This document shows positions 18,371 to 28,195 of a DNA stretch of 64,000 bases, piece by piece. Both the position numbers and the translations under genes were made by a program. Position 1 is the stretch's first letter. Every line of letters starts with the position of its first letter. The notes under the pieces were generated by a model. It worked only from the letters and a program-made list of their open reading frames with translations, did no database searches and was not told the DNA's origin. Source of the DNA: an uncultured Gammaproteobacteria bacterium (GTDB lineage: Bacteria > Patescibacteriota > Patescibacteriia > UBA1558 > GWA2-36-10); NCBI GenBank assembly GCA_964638415.1, contig CAZWYP010000003.1, positions 1,150-65,149 of the forward strand, read 5' to 3'.

Positions 18371-18736
18371 CTAAATTAACCTCATAAGCCGAATTCTGTC
18401 TCCCGAAGGATGACGATCATCTATCTAGGCTTAATGTTGCCATTAAGCTCAAGCCTTCAACCCGCCCTATTTAGGGCCTACTCGAAGTTGCACCGGATAG
18501 AGTTTGCCTCCTCTAGCCTGTCACCAAGCCAGCGTGTCAGCTAATTAGCTGACAATTTCACCTTTAATTCGTTAAAGAGTTAACTCAAGCTTAACGAATA
18601 AGATTGCTTTCTGTTGCACTTGTCCTAACGAAGAAATCACTTTCCTCATCGGTTGGCGTTACCAACTATCCTTATGAACGGTGTTCGGACTTTATCCTCT
18701 TTAGTTAAACTAAAGCGATCGTCTCAGTTAATTTAG
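18371..18736 (-). ncRNA. rnpB: RNase P RNA
   Basis: P1 CTAAATTAAC/GTTAATTTAG, GATCGC, GAGGA(TA)AAGTCCG, GGTGCAAC, 3' ACAGAATTCGGCTTAT. Confidence 0.93.
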
Positions 18737-18759
18737 ACCTTAGCATATTTATATCATAC

Positions 18760-19095
18760 TTAAGAGATTTTGTCAAGAATAGTAAAATCTATCAATTTTA
18801 ACTCGGTATTCTCATCTATCTTTTGCCCATAATCTGCGGAGAAAGATTTATACATTACCTCATTAGAAGGATACTTTTCATGACCCGCCCAATCCTCTTC
18901 TTGTAAATCTTGGAATCTTTTAACAATAACTTTGGTTAAAACAACTTTAGCAAAGACTTCGCCTGTCTCTTTGTTAATAAATTCTACCTCATCCCCTGCT
19001 TGTAGATTTTTATCATCAAACAAGCGCCAAGTGGAGGTCTTCTCTCCTGACAAAATCTTACCTACTAAATTATTTCTGAATTTTAATGTTTTCAT
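18760..19095 (-). CDS. ASCH domain-containing protein
   Basis: LKF...ILSGEKTSTWR...GD signature. Confidence 0.85.
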   Translation of the reverse strand: MKTLKFRNNLVGKILSGEKTSTWRLFDDKNLQAGDEVEFINKETGEVFAKVVLTKVIVKRFQDLQEEDWAGHEKYPSNEVMYKSFSADYGQKIDENTELKLIDFTILDKIS

Positions 19096-19116
19096 TATTC
19101 TTTAATATTTCTAATA

Positions 19117-19806
19117 TTAATCCCCATGTCCGCCACCAGCACAACCAGTACCACTTAAACAAGCAGTACAAGTATTATTACATCCTTTTGGAAGAAATAT
19201 GCCACAACTACCAACATAACCACCCGTATAATAACTTGAATCTGCCGCGCAAGGTGTGGTTAAATTTGAATCACAAACTTCTGCTCCTTCCAATATCCCA
19301 TTACCACAAACAGCTCCCCCGCCTTCCTCTGCCACTGTTGCAGTATACTCATAGCAATGATTGACATAGAAAGTAGAATCAGAAACTCTTTTGACATAGT
19401 AGCCAGTATCATTACTAGTGGTGGCTAAGGGATCTACTGGTAAAGTGCCAATATAAGGCTCCATTAGAGAAGCTAGGTCTTTTCTAGCTATATCTTGTTT
19501 TAAAGATTGGCAGTTGGTGGTTCCGGTAGTTAAGCCACCGGAAGACACTAACATATAGGGAGTATTGAGGCTTAAGGCAGTTAAAGCGGCTGGAGTGTTA
19601 TAATTATTACCTTCTATGACTTGACTGAAGCATTTTTCCAGCTCTTCGCAGTTTTTGTCTCTAATGGCGTTTTGGGCTTCGCCTAAGCGCTTAGCCGGGT
19701 TAACAGCTACAAAAATAGCAACAGCTAAGATGCCAATAACTGCTAAAACTATGATTAATTCTATTAGGGTGAAGCCTTTAGCTAGTTTATTATCCTTAAC
19801 CAGCAT
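19117..19806 (-). CDS. Type IV pilin-like protein with a C-terminal Cys-rich domain
   Basis: KG|FTLIELIIV class III signal, LPVDP motif, tail CGNGILEGAEVCD (resembles the Myxococcus Cys-rich repeat). Confidence 0.9.
   Translation of the reverse strand: MLVKDNKLAKGFTLIELIIVLAVIGILAVAIFVAVNPAKRLGEAQNAIRDKNCEELEKCFSQVIEGNNYNTPAALTALSLNTPYMLVSSGGLTTGTTNCQSLKQDIARKDLASLMEPYIGTLPVDPLATTSNDTGYYVKRVSDSTFYVNHCYEYTATVAEEGGGAVCGNGILEGAEVCDSNLTTPCAADSSYYTGGYVGSCGIFLPKGCNNTCTACLSGTGCAGGGHGD
19332..19776. repeat. 445-bp perfect direct repeat, copy 2 (pilin core)
   Basis: Identical to 63-507. Confidence 0.95.
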
Positions 19807-19863
19807 GATTAAAAAATAATATGCAATTATTATACCCCAAAAACCGCTAAATAAAAAGTATTA

Positions 19864-20967
19864 TTACTCTAAAATAAACTCTAAAGTCTCCTTAGCACAT
19901 TTCTCCCAAGAAAACTCCTGGGATCTTTTTAGTCCTCTTCTAACTAATTCTTCCTGCAGAGCACTGCTTAAAATTAGTTTATCTATCTGTTCAGCAATCT
20001 GTTGGGGATTATCCGGATTAAAATACAAAACTGCTTGTCCGCCTACTTCTCTTAGCACGGGAATATCTGAAGCTAGTATCGGTACCCCTGAGCCCATCGC
20101 TTCCAATAAAGGAATACCGAAGCCTTCAAACTTGGAAGGGAAAATAAAAATACTAGCTGAAGCCAATAAATCCTGGTAGTCAGTCTGGCTGACATAACCT
20201 AAAATTTTAACCCGATCTTTAATTCTAGGATCAGTGGCTAAAGCTAATATCTCTTCGTAACCAAAATTGCCTGGACGTCCGGCTAAAACTAACTGCCAAT
20301 CCTGATTAACTAACAATCTAAAAGCTTTAAGCAAATTCTGGATATTCTTCTTAGTCTCCAAACGGCCAACATATAGTAAATACTTATCTGCTAAATTAAA
20401 TTTCTGCTTCACTGCTATTTTTCTGTCTGCTTGAGCGGGACGAAAACAATCCTTATCCCAGCCATGGTAAATTACTTTAATCGGGGATTTTGCTTTAGGA
20501 AAAAACTTCTTAATATCCAAAGCCGTTGCTTCGGAAACCGCAATAATCTTATCTGCTCGCCGAATAGCTAACTGGTGAGATAATTTCTGGTAAATCCTTT
20601 CTAAAGGATGGTACAGTTCGGGATTATTAAGAAAACCTAAATCATGAATAGTTACTATTAACTCTCCGCGGGAAATAAAGGGAACAGCATTGGTCGCTAA
20701 AAACTTATCCGGCGGATTAAGAACTAATTCCGGCCCTAAACGCAAATGCGTCCATAATTTAAAAACTTTGGGGAAATACAATTGTTTAAATAAAAAATTA
20801 GCCGGCCCTTGTTTTAACTCTGCGGCTAATTCCTGGTTGTAATACACAGTATACTGGTTATCTCTGTCTATTCTTTTAAATTGCTGCAGCAAGTGCCAGG
20901 CATACCACTCCGTGCCGGTTTTATGCAGCTTATTAGCTCTAGTTGCCTCCAAAGCAATCTTAGCCAT
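19864..20967 (-). CDS. Glycosyltransferase family 4
   Basis: TGTEWY, TIHDL, VGRLETKKN, PSKFEGFGIPLLEAM. Confidence 0.92.
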   Translation of the reverse strand: MAKIALEATRANKLHKTGTEWYAWHLLQQFKRIDRDNQYTVYYNQELAAELKQGPANFLFKQLYFPKVFKLWTHLRLGPELVLNPPDKFLATNAVPFISRGELIVTIHDLGFLNNPELYHPLERIYQKLSHQLAIRRADKIIAVSEATALDIKKFFPKAKSPIKVIYHGWDKDCFRPAQADRKIAVKQKFNLADKYLLYVGRLETKKNIQNLLKAFRLLVNQDWQLVLAGRPGNFGYEEILALATDPRIKDRVKILGYVSQTDYQDLLASASIFIFPSKFEGFGIPLLEAMGSGVPILASDIPVLREVGGQAVLYFNPDNPQQIAEQIDKLILSSALQEELVRRGLKRSQEFSWEKCAKETLEFILE

Positions 20968-20968
20968 A

Positions 20969-21982
20969 TTATTTAGCAGATAAAATGCTTCTCTTGTAAG
21001 ACTCTAAATTCTCCAAAGCAATGCCCGTTCCTCTAGCTACGCATAATAAAGAATCGTCGGCGGTATAGGCTGGTACGCCAGTTGCTTGGGATAATAATTT
21101 ATCCATATTGCGCAATAGAGCAGTTCCGCCAGATAAAACCATGCCTTTATCCATAATGTCGGCAGATAATTCTGGTGGAGTTTTGTATAGCACTGACTTC
21201 ACTGCGGAGATTAATCCCTGTAATTCATTCTGCAAAGCTTCCGTCACATCATCGGAACTGACTTCAATATTGCGCGGCAAGCCAGTCAGCATATCCCGCC
21301 CTTTAATTTCCATATACAGCTTCTCGCCTTTTGGTAAAAATTGAGCAGAACCGATTTTAATCTTAACTTCTTCCGCTGTTCTTTCTCCAATGGCTAAATT
21401 ATATTTTTTCTTAATGAATTCGCCAATCGCCGCGTCATACTTATTACCGCCAATCCGCACAGAAGTATTAGCTACAATACCGCCTAAGGAAATAACGGCA
21501 ATTTCCGAAGTGCCGCCTCCCATATCCACGATCATATGCCCGGAAGCAGAGCCAATGGGAATATCTGCGCCAATTGCCGCAGCAATTGGTTCTTTAATAA
21601 TATATGCGGCTTTAGCACCGGCATTTAAAGTGGCATCAATTACCGCTCGGCGCTCCGTAGAAGTAATGCCGGCCGGTACGGCAATCATCACCTCTGGGCG
21701 GAAAATCTTGACGCCGCCGACTGCTTTGTTAATAAAATATCTTAACATGCTTTCCGTAGTCTTGTAATCTGCAATCACGCCATTCTTTAATGGGCGGGAA
21801 GCCACAATAGAATCCGGCGTTCTTCCAATCATTTCCTTGGCCTCATCACCAACCGCCATTACTCGCTTGTCAAAAATTGAAATTGCCACTACTGACGGTT
21901 CGTTAATTACAATACCGCGCTTGGGTATATATACCAAGGTATATGCAGTTCCTAAATCAATTCCGATCTTTTTGGTAAACAT
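20969..21982 (-). CDS. mreB: Rod shape-determining protein MreB/Mbl paralog
   Basis: IGIDLGTA, EPSVVA, DMGGGTSE, GGTALL. Confidence 0.95.
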   Translation of the reverse strand: MFTKKIGIDLGTAYTLVYIPKRGIVINEPSVVAISIFDKRVMAVGDEAKEMIGRTPDSIVASRPLKNGVIADYKTTESMLRYFINKAVGGVKIFRPEVMIAVPAGITSTERRAVIDATLNAGAKAAYIIKEPIAAAIGADIPIGSASGHMIVDMGGGTSEIAVISLGGIVANTSVRIGGNKYDAAIGEFIKKKYNLAIGERTAEEVKIKIGSAQFLPKGEKLYMEIKGRDMLTGLPRNIEVSSDDVTEALQNELQGLISAVKSVLYKTPPELSADIMDKGMVLSGGTALLRNMDKLLSQATGVPAYTADDSLLCVARGTGIALENLESYKRSILSAK

Positions 21983-22438
21983 TTATTTAATTTCCAAAAT
22001 CTTGTAAATAACTTCTCCCGCTGGTAATTGCACGGGAAAAACCTCGCCGATTTTTCGATCAATAAAAGCCTGGCCTAAGGGAGACTCTACAGAAATCCGA
22101 CGATTAGCCGGATCTGCTTCCGTGCTGCCGACAATAGTAAATTCAAAAGCTTCTCCGTTTTTATCTACTTTAACGGTAGAGCCAATAGAAACCTTATCAC
22201 CATTGCCTTTCTGCTGTACTACTGCTGTTTTAATAATGTGCTCCAATTCAGTAATCCGACCCTCAATAAAGCCCTGCTCTTCTTTAGCATCATGGTATTC
22301 AGCATTCTCAGATAAATCTCCATACTCTTTGGCATTCTTAATGCGCTCCATGATCTCTTTGCGCTTATTGGTCTTAAGATCATCCAATTCTTCCTGTAAT
22401 TTAGCCAAGCCTTCCGGGGTTAAAATTTGTACATCCAT
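21983..22438 (-). CDS. greA: Transcription elongation factor GreA
   Basis: GDLSENAEY, ISVESPLG. Confidence 0.97.
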   Translation of the reverse strand: MDVQILTPEGLAKLQEELDDLKTNKRKEIMERIKNAKEYGDLSENAEYHDAKEEQGFIEGRITELEHIIKTAVVQQKGNGDKVSIGSTVKVDKNGEAFEFTIVGSTEADPANRRISVESPLGQAFIDRKIGEVFPVQLPAGEVIYKILEIK

Positions 22439-22544
22439 ATTTATTTTACTTTTATTAATCTTACTATTTTAACAATTATTTAATAAAGCCCTCTGGGCTT
22501 CTATTAACATCATATCATTTTAGCCAATAAATTCAAGCTAAGCC

Positions 22545-24434
22545 CTAACGGTCAAAATACCACTCCATAAACTGCCTGGCTACCGTCACTGCTGTACCCC
22601 GGTCTCCGCCTTCTTCCACTAAAACCACCACGACTATTTCCGGGTTATCAAAAGGAGCAAAGCTGGCAAACCAAGAATGCGGTATTTTATTGCGGTTAAA
22701 CTGGGCTGTGCCGGTTTTACCAGCCACCGGCACTTTTACTGACTGCAGACTTTGAGCTGTGCCGGCCACCACTGTTTGCCTCAAACCATCACGGACAATC
22801 TGACGATTATCTTCACTGACTAAATTCTCTAAAGCTACTTTTGGTTGGTAAGCTTCGACTGTATCTCCTAGCCTGGTTTCCTTAATAAAATGCGGCTGCC
22901 AACCTTTCCCAGTGGCAAAATATGACATCATGGTCGCAATCTGCAAAGGCGTGCCCAGTAAATAACCCTGGCCAATAGATAAGTTATAGGTATCTCCTAA
23001 GTACCAGCGTTCTCCTAAATTTTCTTCTTTCCACTCCTTGGTGGGAATAAATCCTTCTGCTTCTGAATTAAAATCCAGATTAGTCACCTTACCTAAACCG
23101 AATTTTTTGGCATAGTCTACTATTTTATCTGCCCCCAAACCCAATTCCAGCCACTGGTTATTACCGCCGCCAATAGTGTAGAAATAGGTATTAACTGAAT
23201 CAGCTAAAGCCCAAGTAACATTAGTTCGGCCATGGCCAGCTGGCCGCCAGTCAGGAAAAAAATTATTACCAATCGTAACACCGCCGGTGCTGATCACACT
23301 AAAATTCTTATCCACTATTTTCTCTTCTAAAGCAGCGGCAGCAACAATGGGCTTGAACACTGATCCAAAAGGATAATTACCGGCTACCGCTCTATTTAAT
23401 AAAGGGGTTGAGGGATCGGTAATTATTTTTTCATACTCCTCTCTATTTAAGCTGGTAGTAAAAATATTATTATCGTAAGTAGGCAAGGAAACCATCGCTA
23501 AGACTCCGCCATCATGAGCATCTAAAACCACGGCTGCCATTTTCTGCTTGTCATAAGTGCCAGCTGCCGACGCCATTACTTCATAGAGTTTGCTCTGGGC
23601 TTTAGCATCAATAGCCAAAATCAGATCATTGCCATCTTGAGGCTCAGTCCAAGCAATAACATTTTTAGCTTGGTTAAAAGCATCAACCTCAATCTGGCGG
23701 ATGCCATTGCGTCCCCGTAGAACTTTTTCATAAATCAATTCCAGTCCGGTTTTACCCAGACGATCGGTATAATTATATTCCCCCTTCGCTAAATCTTTTT
23801 CTTCTACCGCTCCGGTATAACCTAAAGCATGGGACATTCCTAAGTAAGAAAAATACTGCCGGCGCGGCTCGTAATCTATTTCCAGTTCAGGGTATTTTTC
23901 AGATAACAGCATTAATTTAATCGCCTGCTGGTAAGGGACATTTTCATAGAGCAAAATCCTTTTTTGTTTAGTAGGTTGCTTTAGTTGCTCAGTTAAACTT
24001 TCTGGGGAAACTGCTAAAACTTCTGCAACCTTAGCTAGAACTTCAGCAGAAACTTCTTCTTTATTTGCATCCAATAAATAAAGAAAGAACTGGGAAGTAT
24101 TTTTAACCAGCAAATTGCCGAAGCGGTCGTAAATCAAACCACGATTAGCCTGGATAATTTCTTCCCGAATACGATTACCTTCAGCAATACCGAAAAAATC
24201 CTGCCCTTTGACTATCTGTAAATAAAAACTTCGTGACCATAAGACAGCTAGGACAACAATAAAAACCGAAAAAAGCAGGAATATTTTTCCTTCTGTAAAA
24301 TACTTGCCCAGAGTTTGTTGGCTTCCTCCTTGGAAAAAATCCAAATAATCTCCGCTAGAGAGATTGGAAGAATAGCCTCTTACTTTAGCGCTTCTTACCG
24401 TGCCTTCTTGGATTTTAAACGGATCATCTCTCAT
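22545..24434 (-). CDS. mrdA: Penicillin-binding protein 2
   Basis: RGLIYDR, SxxK (GSVFK), SVN, KTGTAQ; follows mreBCD. Confidence 0.93.
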   Translation of the reverse strand: MRDDPFKIQEGTVRSAKVRGYSSNLSSGDYLDFFQGGSQQTLGKYFTEGKIFLLFSVFIVVLAVLWSRSFYLQIVKGQDFFGIAEGNRIREEIIQANRGLIYDRFGNLLVKNTSQFFLYLLDANKEEVSAEVLAKVAEVLAVSPESLTEQLKQPTKQKRILLYENVPYQQAIKLMLLSEKYPELEIDYEPRRQYFSYLGMSHALGYTGAVEEKDLAKGEYNYTDRLGKTGLELIYEKVLRGRNGIRQIEVDAFNQAKNVIAWTEPQDGNDLILAIDAKAQSKLYEVMASAAGTYDKQKMAAVVLDAHDGGVLAMVSLPTYDNNIFTTSLNREEYEKIITDPSTPLLNRAVAGNYPFGSVFKPIVAAAALEEKIVDKNFSVISTGGVTIGNNFFPDWRPAGHGRTNVTWALADSVNTYFYTIGGGNNQWLELGLGADKIVDYAKKFGLGKVTNLDFNSEAEGFIPTKEWKEENLGERWYLGDTYNLSIGQGYLLGTPLQIATMMSYFATGKGWQPHFIKETRLGDTVEAYQPKVALENLVSEDNRQIVRDGLRQTVVAGTAQSLQSVKVPVAGKTGTAQFNRNKIPHSWFASFAPFDNPEIVVVVLVEEGGDRGTAVTVARQFMEWYFDR

Positions 24435-24909
24435 GATGCTTCAGTTTAAAATTAAAATACAGGATATATAAAACTACAACTGCTAAAACATCCACTAAAT
24501 AATATTTGAGAATCTGCACCCAGTCTTGCCAATAAAAAATATAGTTAGACCAGGGAAAAATAAAATTAAGCAGCCAGATAAAAAGCCAATAAGCCAGAAT
24601 ACCAATCATCGTTAAAACTATAATCGTGCCGGTATTCTGGGAAGTAAAAACATAAAGCTGCAAGTTATTAATTAACAATAATACTAAAATATAGCTTAAA
24701 GCATGTAAGCCGAAACTAGCGCTAAAAGCATCTACCAATAAGCCGGCTAAAAAAGCAAAACCATAATAAATCCAAGGCTCATCGTCAATAAAATAAATAA
24801 ACAGCACAGCAATTAGCCAAGGCTGAATCCAATGCAGAGGTAAAACATTAAACCAGGAAAAAATAAAATTAGCAGCAACTAATAATAATAGGATGCCTAA
24901 ATACTTCAT
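24424..24909 (-). CDS. mreD: Rod shape-determining protein MreD (divergent)
   Basis: Hydrophobic, GLLVDAF...GLHAL; sits between mreC and PBP2. Confidence 0.75.
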   Translation of the reverse strand: MKYLGILLLLVAANFIFSWFNVLPLHWIQPWLIAVLFIYFIDDEPWIYYGFAFLAGLLVDAFSASFGLHALSYILVLLLINNLQLYVFTSQNTGTIIVLTMIGILAYWLFIWLLNFIFPWSNYIFYWQDWVQILKYYLVDVLAVVVLYILYFNFKLKHHER

Positions 24910-25646
24910 GGCAGTTTAATCACCCCAACCAGAAACAAAGTGGTATAATCAATTAATGGTGAAACTGAAGCAGTTTTAAAAACTTCCTCCTCAGAATAAG
25001 CTATCTCTTCGGCTTTACCAATAACTAAGCCAGCTGGAATACCCTCATTAAGATTATTAGTCACCACTAAATCCCCTTTTTTAATTTCCTGTTCCTGGGG
25101 AATATAGCTTAAGTTCATCCCTAAACCCAGACTGCCGGTCAAAACTCCAGAAACATTTTGCTCATCCCCTATGGCCACGGCCAATCTACTTGAACTATCT
25201 GTTAATAATCTAACCAGGGAAACGTCGTTTCTTACTTCAATGATTTTACCGACAATTACTCCTTGATTGACTACAACAGCCGCTCCTACTGATAAGCCTT
25301 GTTTCTGCCCGGCATCAATCATTATTAAATTCTGGTTGAAATCATCGCGGCTTAAGACATTAGCTAAAATCAAATCATATTTTTTAGTCTGCTGCCAATT
25401 GAAAAAATCCCTTAGTTCTTTATTTTCTGCCGCCAGTGCTTGTAATTGCGCGTTTTTAGCCAATAACTCCTGGTAGGATTGTTCTAAATCTTCCGGCGGC
25501 AATAAAAGTTGGTTTGACACTTTCTGCGGACTGGTTAGTTTCCGGATAATAAAGCCTAAATCAAAAATCTGACTCTCTTTGAAAAGAATCAGGATCAAGA
25601 CTGTTCCTAAGAACAGAAAAAATATTTGCAAATTCCTCCTGAGCAT
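24906..25646 (-). CDS. mreC: Rod shape-determining protein MreC
   Basis: TM helix, coiled coil ENKELR, IDAG..G, GVIVGKI, IPAGLVIG. Confidence 0.9.
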   Translation of the reverse strand: MLRRNLQIFFLFLGTVLILILFKESQIFDLGFIIRKLTSPQKVSNQLLLPPEDLEQSYQELLAKNAQLQALAAENKELRDFFNWQQTKKYDLILANVLSRDDFNQNLIMIDAGQKQGLSVGAAVVVNQGVIVGKIIEVRNDVSLVRLLTDSSSRLAVAIGDEQNVSGVLTGSLGLGMNLSYIPQEQEIKKGDLVVTNNLNEGIPAGLVIGKAEEIAYSEEEVFKTASVSPLIDYTTLFLVGVIKLP

Positions 25647-25651
25647 GATTG

Positions 25652-26704
25652 TTATTTAAAGATATTTTCTTTAGTAGAAGGCAGAATAATCTCCTTTAAG
25701 TGCTCCAAATCATCCAAAACCTTACCCGTACCTCTCACTACCGCTGTTAATGGATCATCGGTAATATGCACGGGAATCTTAGTTTCCTGGGCAATCAACA
25801 CATCCAAGCCCCGCAACAAAGCACCGCCGCCAGCTAAAACCAATCCCCGCTCATATAAATCAGATACTAATTCCGGCGGAGTATTTTCAATGGTGGTCTT
25901 AATATTTTCTACAATTAATTTGATGGGACGGGCAATCGCTTCCCGGATATTAGCATCAGTAATCCTAACTTCCTTAGGTAAGCCGGTTAATAAATCTCGG
26001 CCGCGCATAGTGGTTTCCACTGGCTGTTCTAAAGGTAATACGGAAGCAATCTGGATTTTAATTCTTTCTGCTGTTCGCTCGCCTAATAAAATATTAAACT
26101 TATCTCTGGCATATTGGATAATCGCTTCATTAAGCTTATCGCCAGCTAATTTCAAAGACTTCCAGGATACCACGCCACCTAAGGAAATTACAGCAATTTC
26201 CGTAGTGCCGCCGCCAATATCTACTACCATGCTGGCAGTAGCTTCCAGAATCGGCAAACCAGCCCCAACGGCAGCCGCTACCGGTTCTTCAATTAGTAAT
26301 ACTTCTGAAGCACCAGCGGCTAATACTGCATCCTCTACGGCTTTGCGCTCTACTTCCGTCACGTCCAAAGGGATGGCAATCATTACCCTAGGCCGAGGAG
26401 CAAAATTAAAAGATTCGCGATGCACTTTGTCAATGAAATGACGGATCATTTTTTCCGTTACTTCAAAATCAGAAATCACTCCATCCACCAAAGGCCGGAT
26501 AACACTAATATGCGGCGGGGTTTTCCCCAACATGATCTTAGCATCATCGCCCACTGCTACGATTTTATCATTACGGGTATTCACTGCTACCAAAGACGGC
26601 TCATTGGTAACAATACCCTGGTCTTTTACATAGACCAGAGTATTAGCTGTTCCCAAATCTATTCCCATGTCTTTGGAAAATTTTCTAAATACCCGCTTGA
26701 ACAT
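25652..26704 (-). CDS. mreB: Rod shape-determining protein MreB
   Basis: DMGIDLGTANT, DIGGGTTE, GGGALL; heads the mreBCD operon. Confidence 0.97.
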   Translation of the reverse strand: MFKRVFRKFSKDMGIDLGTANTLVYVKDQGIVTNEPSLVAVNTRNDKIVAVGDDAKIMLGKTPPHISVIRPLVDGVISDFEVTEKMIRHFIDKVHRESFNFAPRPRVMIAIPLDVTEVERKAVEDAVLAAGASEVLLIEEPVAAAVGAGLPILEATASMVVDIGGGTTEIAVISLGGVVSWKSLKLAGDKLNEAIIQYARDKFNILLGERTAERIKIQIASVLPLEQPVETTMRGRDLLTGLPKEVRITDANIREAIARPIKLIVENIKTTIENTPPELVSDLYERGLVLAGGGALLRGLDVLIAQETKIPVHITDDPLTAVVRGTGKVLDDLEHLKEIILPSTKENIFK

Positions 26705-26715
26705 TGAAAAAATAA

Positions 26716-28191
26716 TTAATATGCTTTAGCAAATAAAACGCGTCTCTTAGATGGCTTCCCAGTTAAAATGCATTTACCCTCTTCTGCAGAAACATCAAAA
26801 GGCAAACAACGGATAGTAGCGCCAGTCTTTTGCTTAATTTCCGCTTCCACTTCTGCTTCTCCGCACCAATGCGCTAAGACAAACTTACCATCGTCAATCG
26901 CTTTGATAAACCCTGTCCAATTATCCACCATCACGGTATTTTCTATTCGCCTTTGTTGGGCTAAATTCAACAAATTATCCTGTATATCTACAAGGGTATC
27001 CTTAATGACTTTGGCTAAATTGTCAATACCAACGGTCAGCTTATGGCCGGTATCTCTTCGCGCTAAAACTACGGCTCTTTTTTCTATTTCCTGCTGGCCG
27101 ACTTCTATCCTTATCGGCACGCCCTTTTTCTCCCAAAGATTATACTTCATTCCTATTGTCAAATCATCTCTTTGATCTATTACCGCTTTATCTCCCAGCT
27201 TTAAGGCTGATTTAATCTTCTTGGCAAATTGCAAAACTTGGGAGTTATCTGAATCATTTTTAATAATTGGAATAATAACCACTTGAATAGGAGCAATTTT
27301 AGGAGGTAATACCAATCCCTGATCATCACTATGAGTCATAATTAATCCGCCAATAATCCTAGTGCTCATTCCCCAACTAGTCTGCCAGACATGTTGCAAT
27401 TTATTATTCTTATCCAAATATTGCGTACCAAAAGCTTTAGCAAAATTCTGCCCTAAATGATGGGAAGTAGCTGATTGCAAAGCTTTGCCATCCTGCATCA
27501 TCGCTTCAATGGTATAGGTATGATCAGCACCGGCAAATTTCTCACTCTCGCTCTTTTGGCCAGCCACTACGCTCATCGCTAAATAATTCTCAACAAAATC
27601 TAAATAGACATCAAGCATTTTTTTAGCTTCTTTTTCTGCTTCCTTACTGCTAATATGAGCGGTGTGCCCCTCTTGCCATAAAAATTCTGAAGTTCTTAAA
27701 AAAGGCCTGGTCCTCATCTCCCATCTGACAATATTAGCCCACTGATTAACCATTACCGGTAAATCACGCCAAGATTTAATCCATTGAGAAAAACTGTTAT
27801 TAATTATGGTTTCGGAAGTCGGCCGAATAATCAATTCCTCTTCTAACTTAGCTGTGTCATCAACTACAATATTTCCCTGTTCATTATTCTTTAAACGATA
27901 ATGAGTAACCACCGCGCACTCTTTAGCAAAGCCTTCCACGTGACTAGCTTCCTTGGTAAAAAAAGATTTGGGAATCAATAAGGGGAAATATGCATTGGTG
28001 CAGCCGGTCTTTTTTATTTTCTCATCAAGAACCTTCTGGATATTCTCCCAAATCGCAAAACCATAAGGCTTAATAACCATCGTGCCTTTAACTGGACCAT
28101 AGTCCGCTAAATCAGCGGCAGCGACAATGTCTAAATACCACTGTGAATAATCTTCTTTCCGGCTGGTAATTTTATTTTTCTTAATATCCAT
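26716..28191 (-). CDS. proS: Proline--tRNA ligase (archaeal/eukaryotic type)
   Basis: RPTSE, FLRTSEFLWQEGHT, QTSWGMSTR, C-terminal FAKAY. Confidence 0.97.
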   Translation of the reverse strand: MDIKKNKITSRKEDYSQWYLDIVAAADLADYGPVKGTMVIKPYGFAIWENIQKVLDEKIKKTGCTNAYFPLLIPKSFFTKEASHVEGFAKECAVVTHYRLKNNEQGNIVVDDTAKLEEELIIRPTSETIINNSFSQWIKSWRDLPVMVNQWANIVRWEMRTRPFLRTSEFLWQEGHTAHISSKEAEKEAKKMLDVYLDFVENYLAMSVVAGQKSESEKFAGADHTYTIEAMMQDGKALQSATSHHLGQNFAKAFGTQYLDKNNKLQHVWQTSWGMSTRIIGGLIMTHSDDQGLVLPPKIAPIQVVIIPIIKNDSDNSQVLQFAKKIKSALKLGDKAVIDQRDDLTIGMKYNLWEKKGVPIRIEVGQQEIEKRAVVLARRDTGHKLTVGIDNLAKVIKDTLVDIQDNLLNLAQQRRIENTVMVDNWTGFIKAIDDGKFVLAHWCGEAEVEAEIKQKTGATIRCLPFDVSAEEGKCILTGKPSKRRVLFAKAY

Positions 28192-28195
28192 ATTG

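Noticed and set aside
1-19806. Pilin repeat as a DGR template/variable pair
   Set aside because: The copies are identical, with no adenine-specific mismatches, and there is no reverse transcriptase in the window.
25626-26441. 271-aa + strand ORF and the many other short antisense ORFs in the track
   Set aside because: They are shadows of well-supported opposite-strand genes (here mreB), with no independent motifs.
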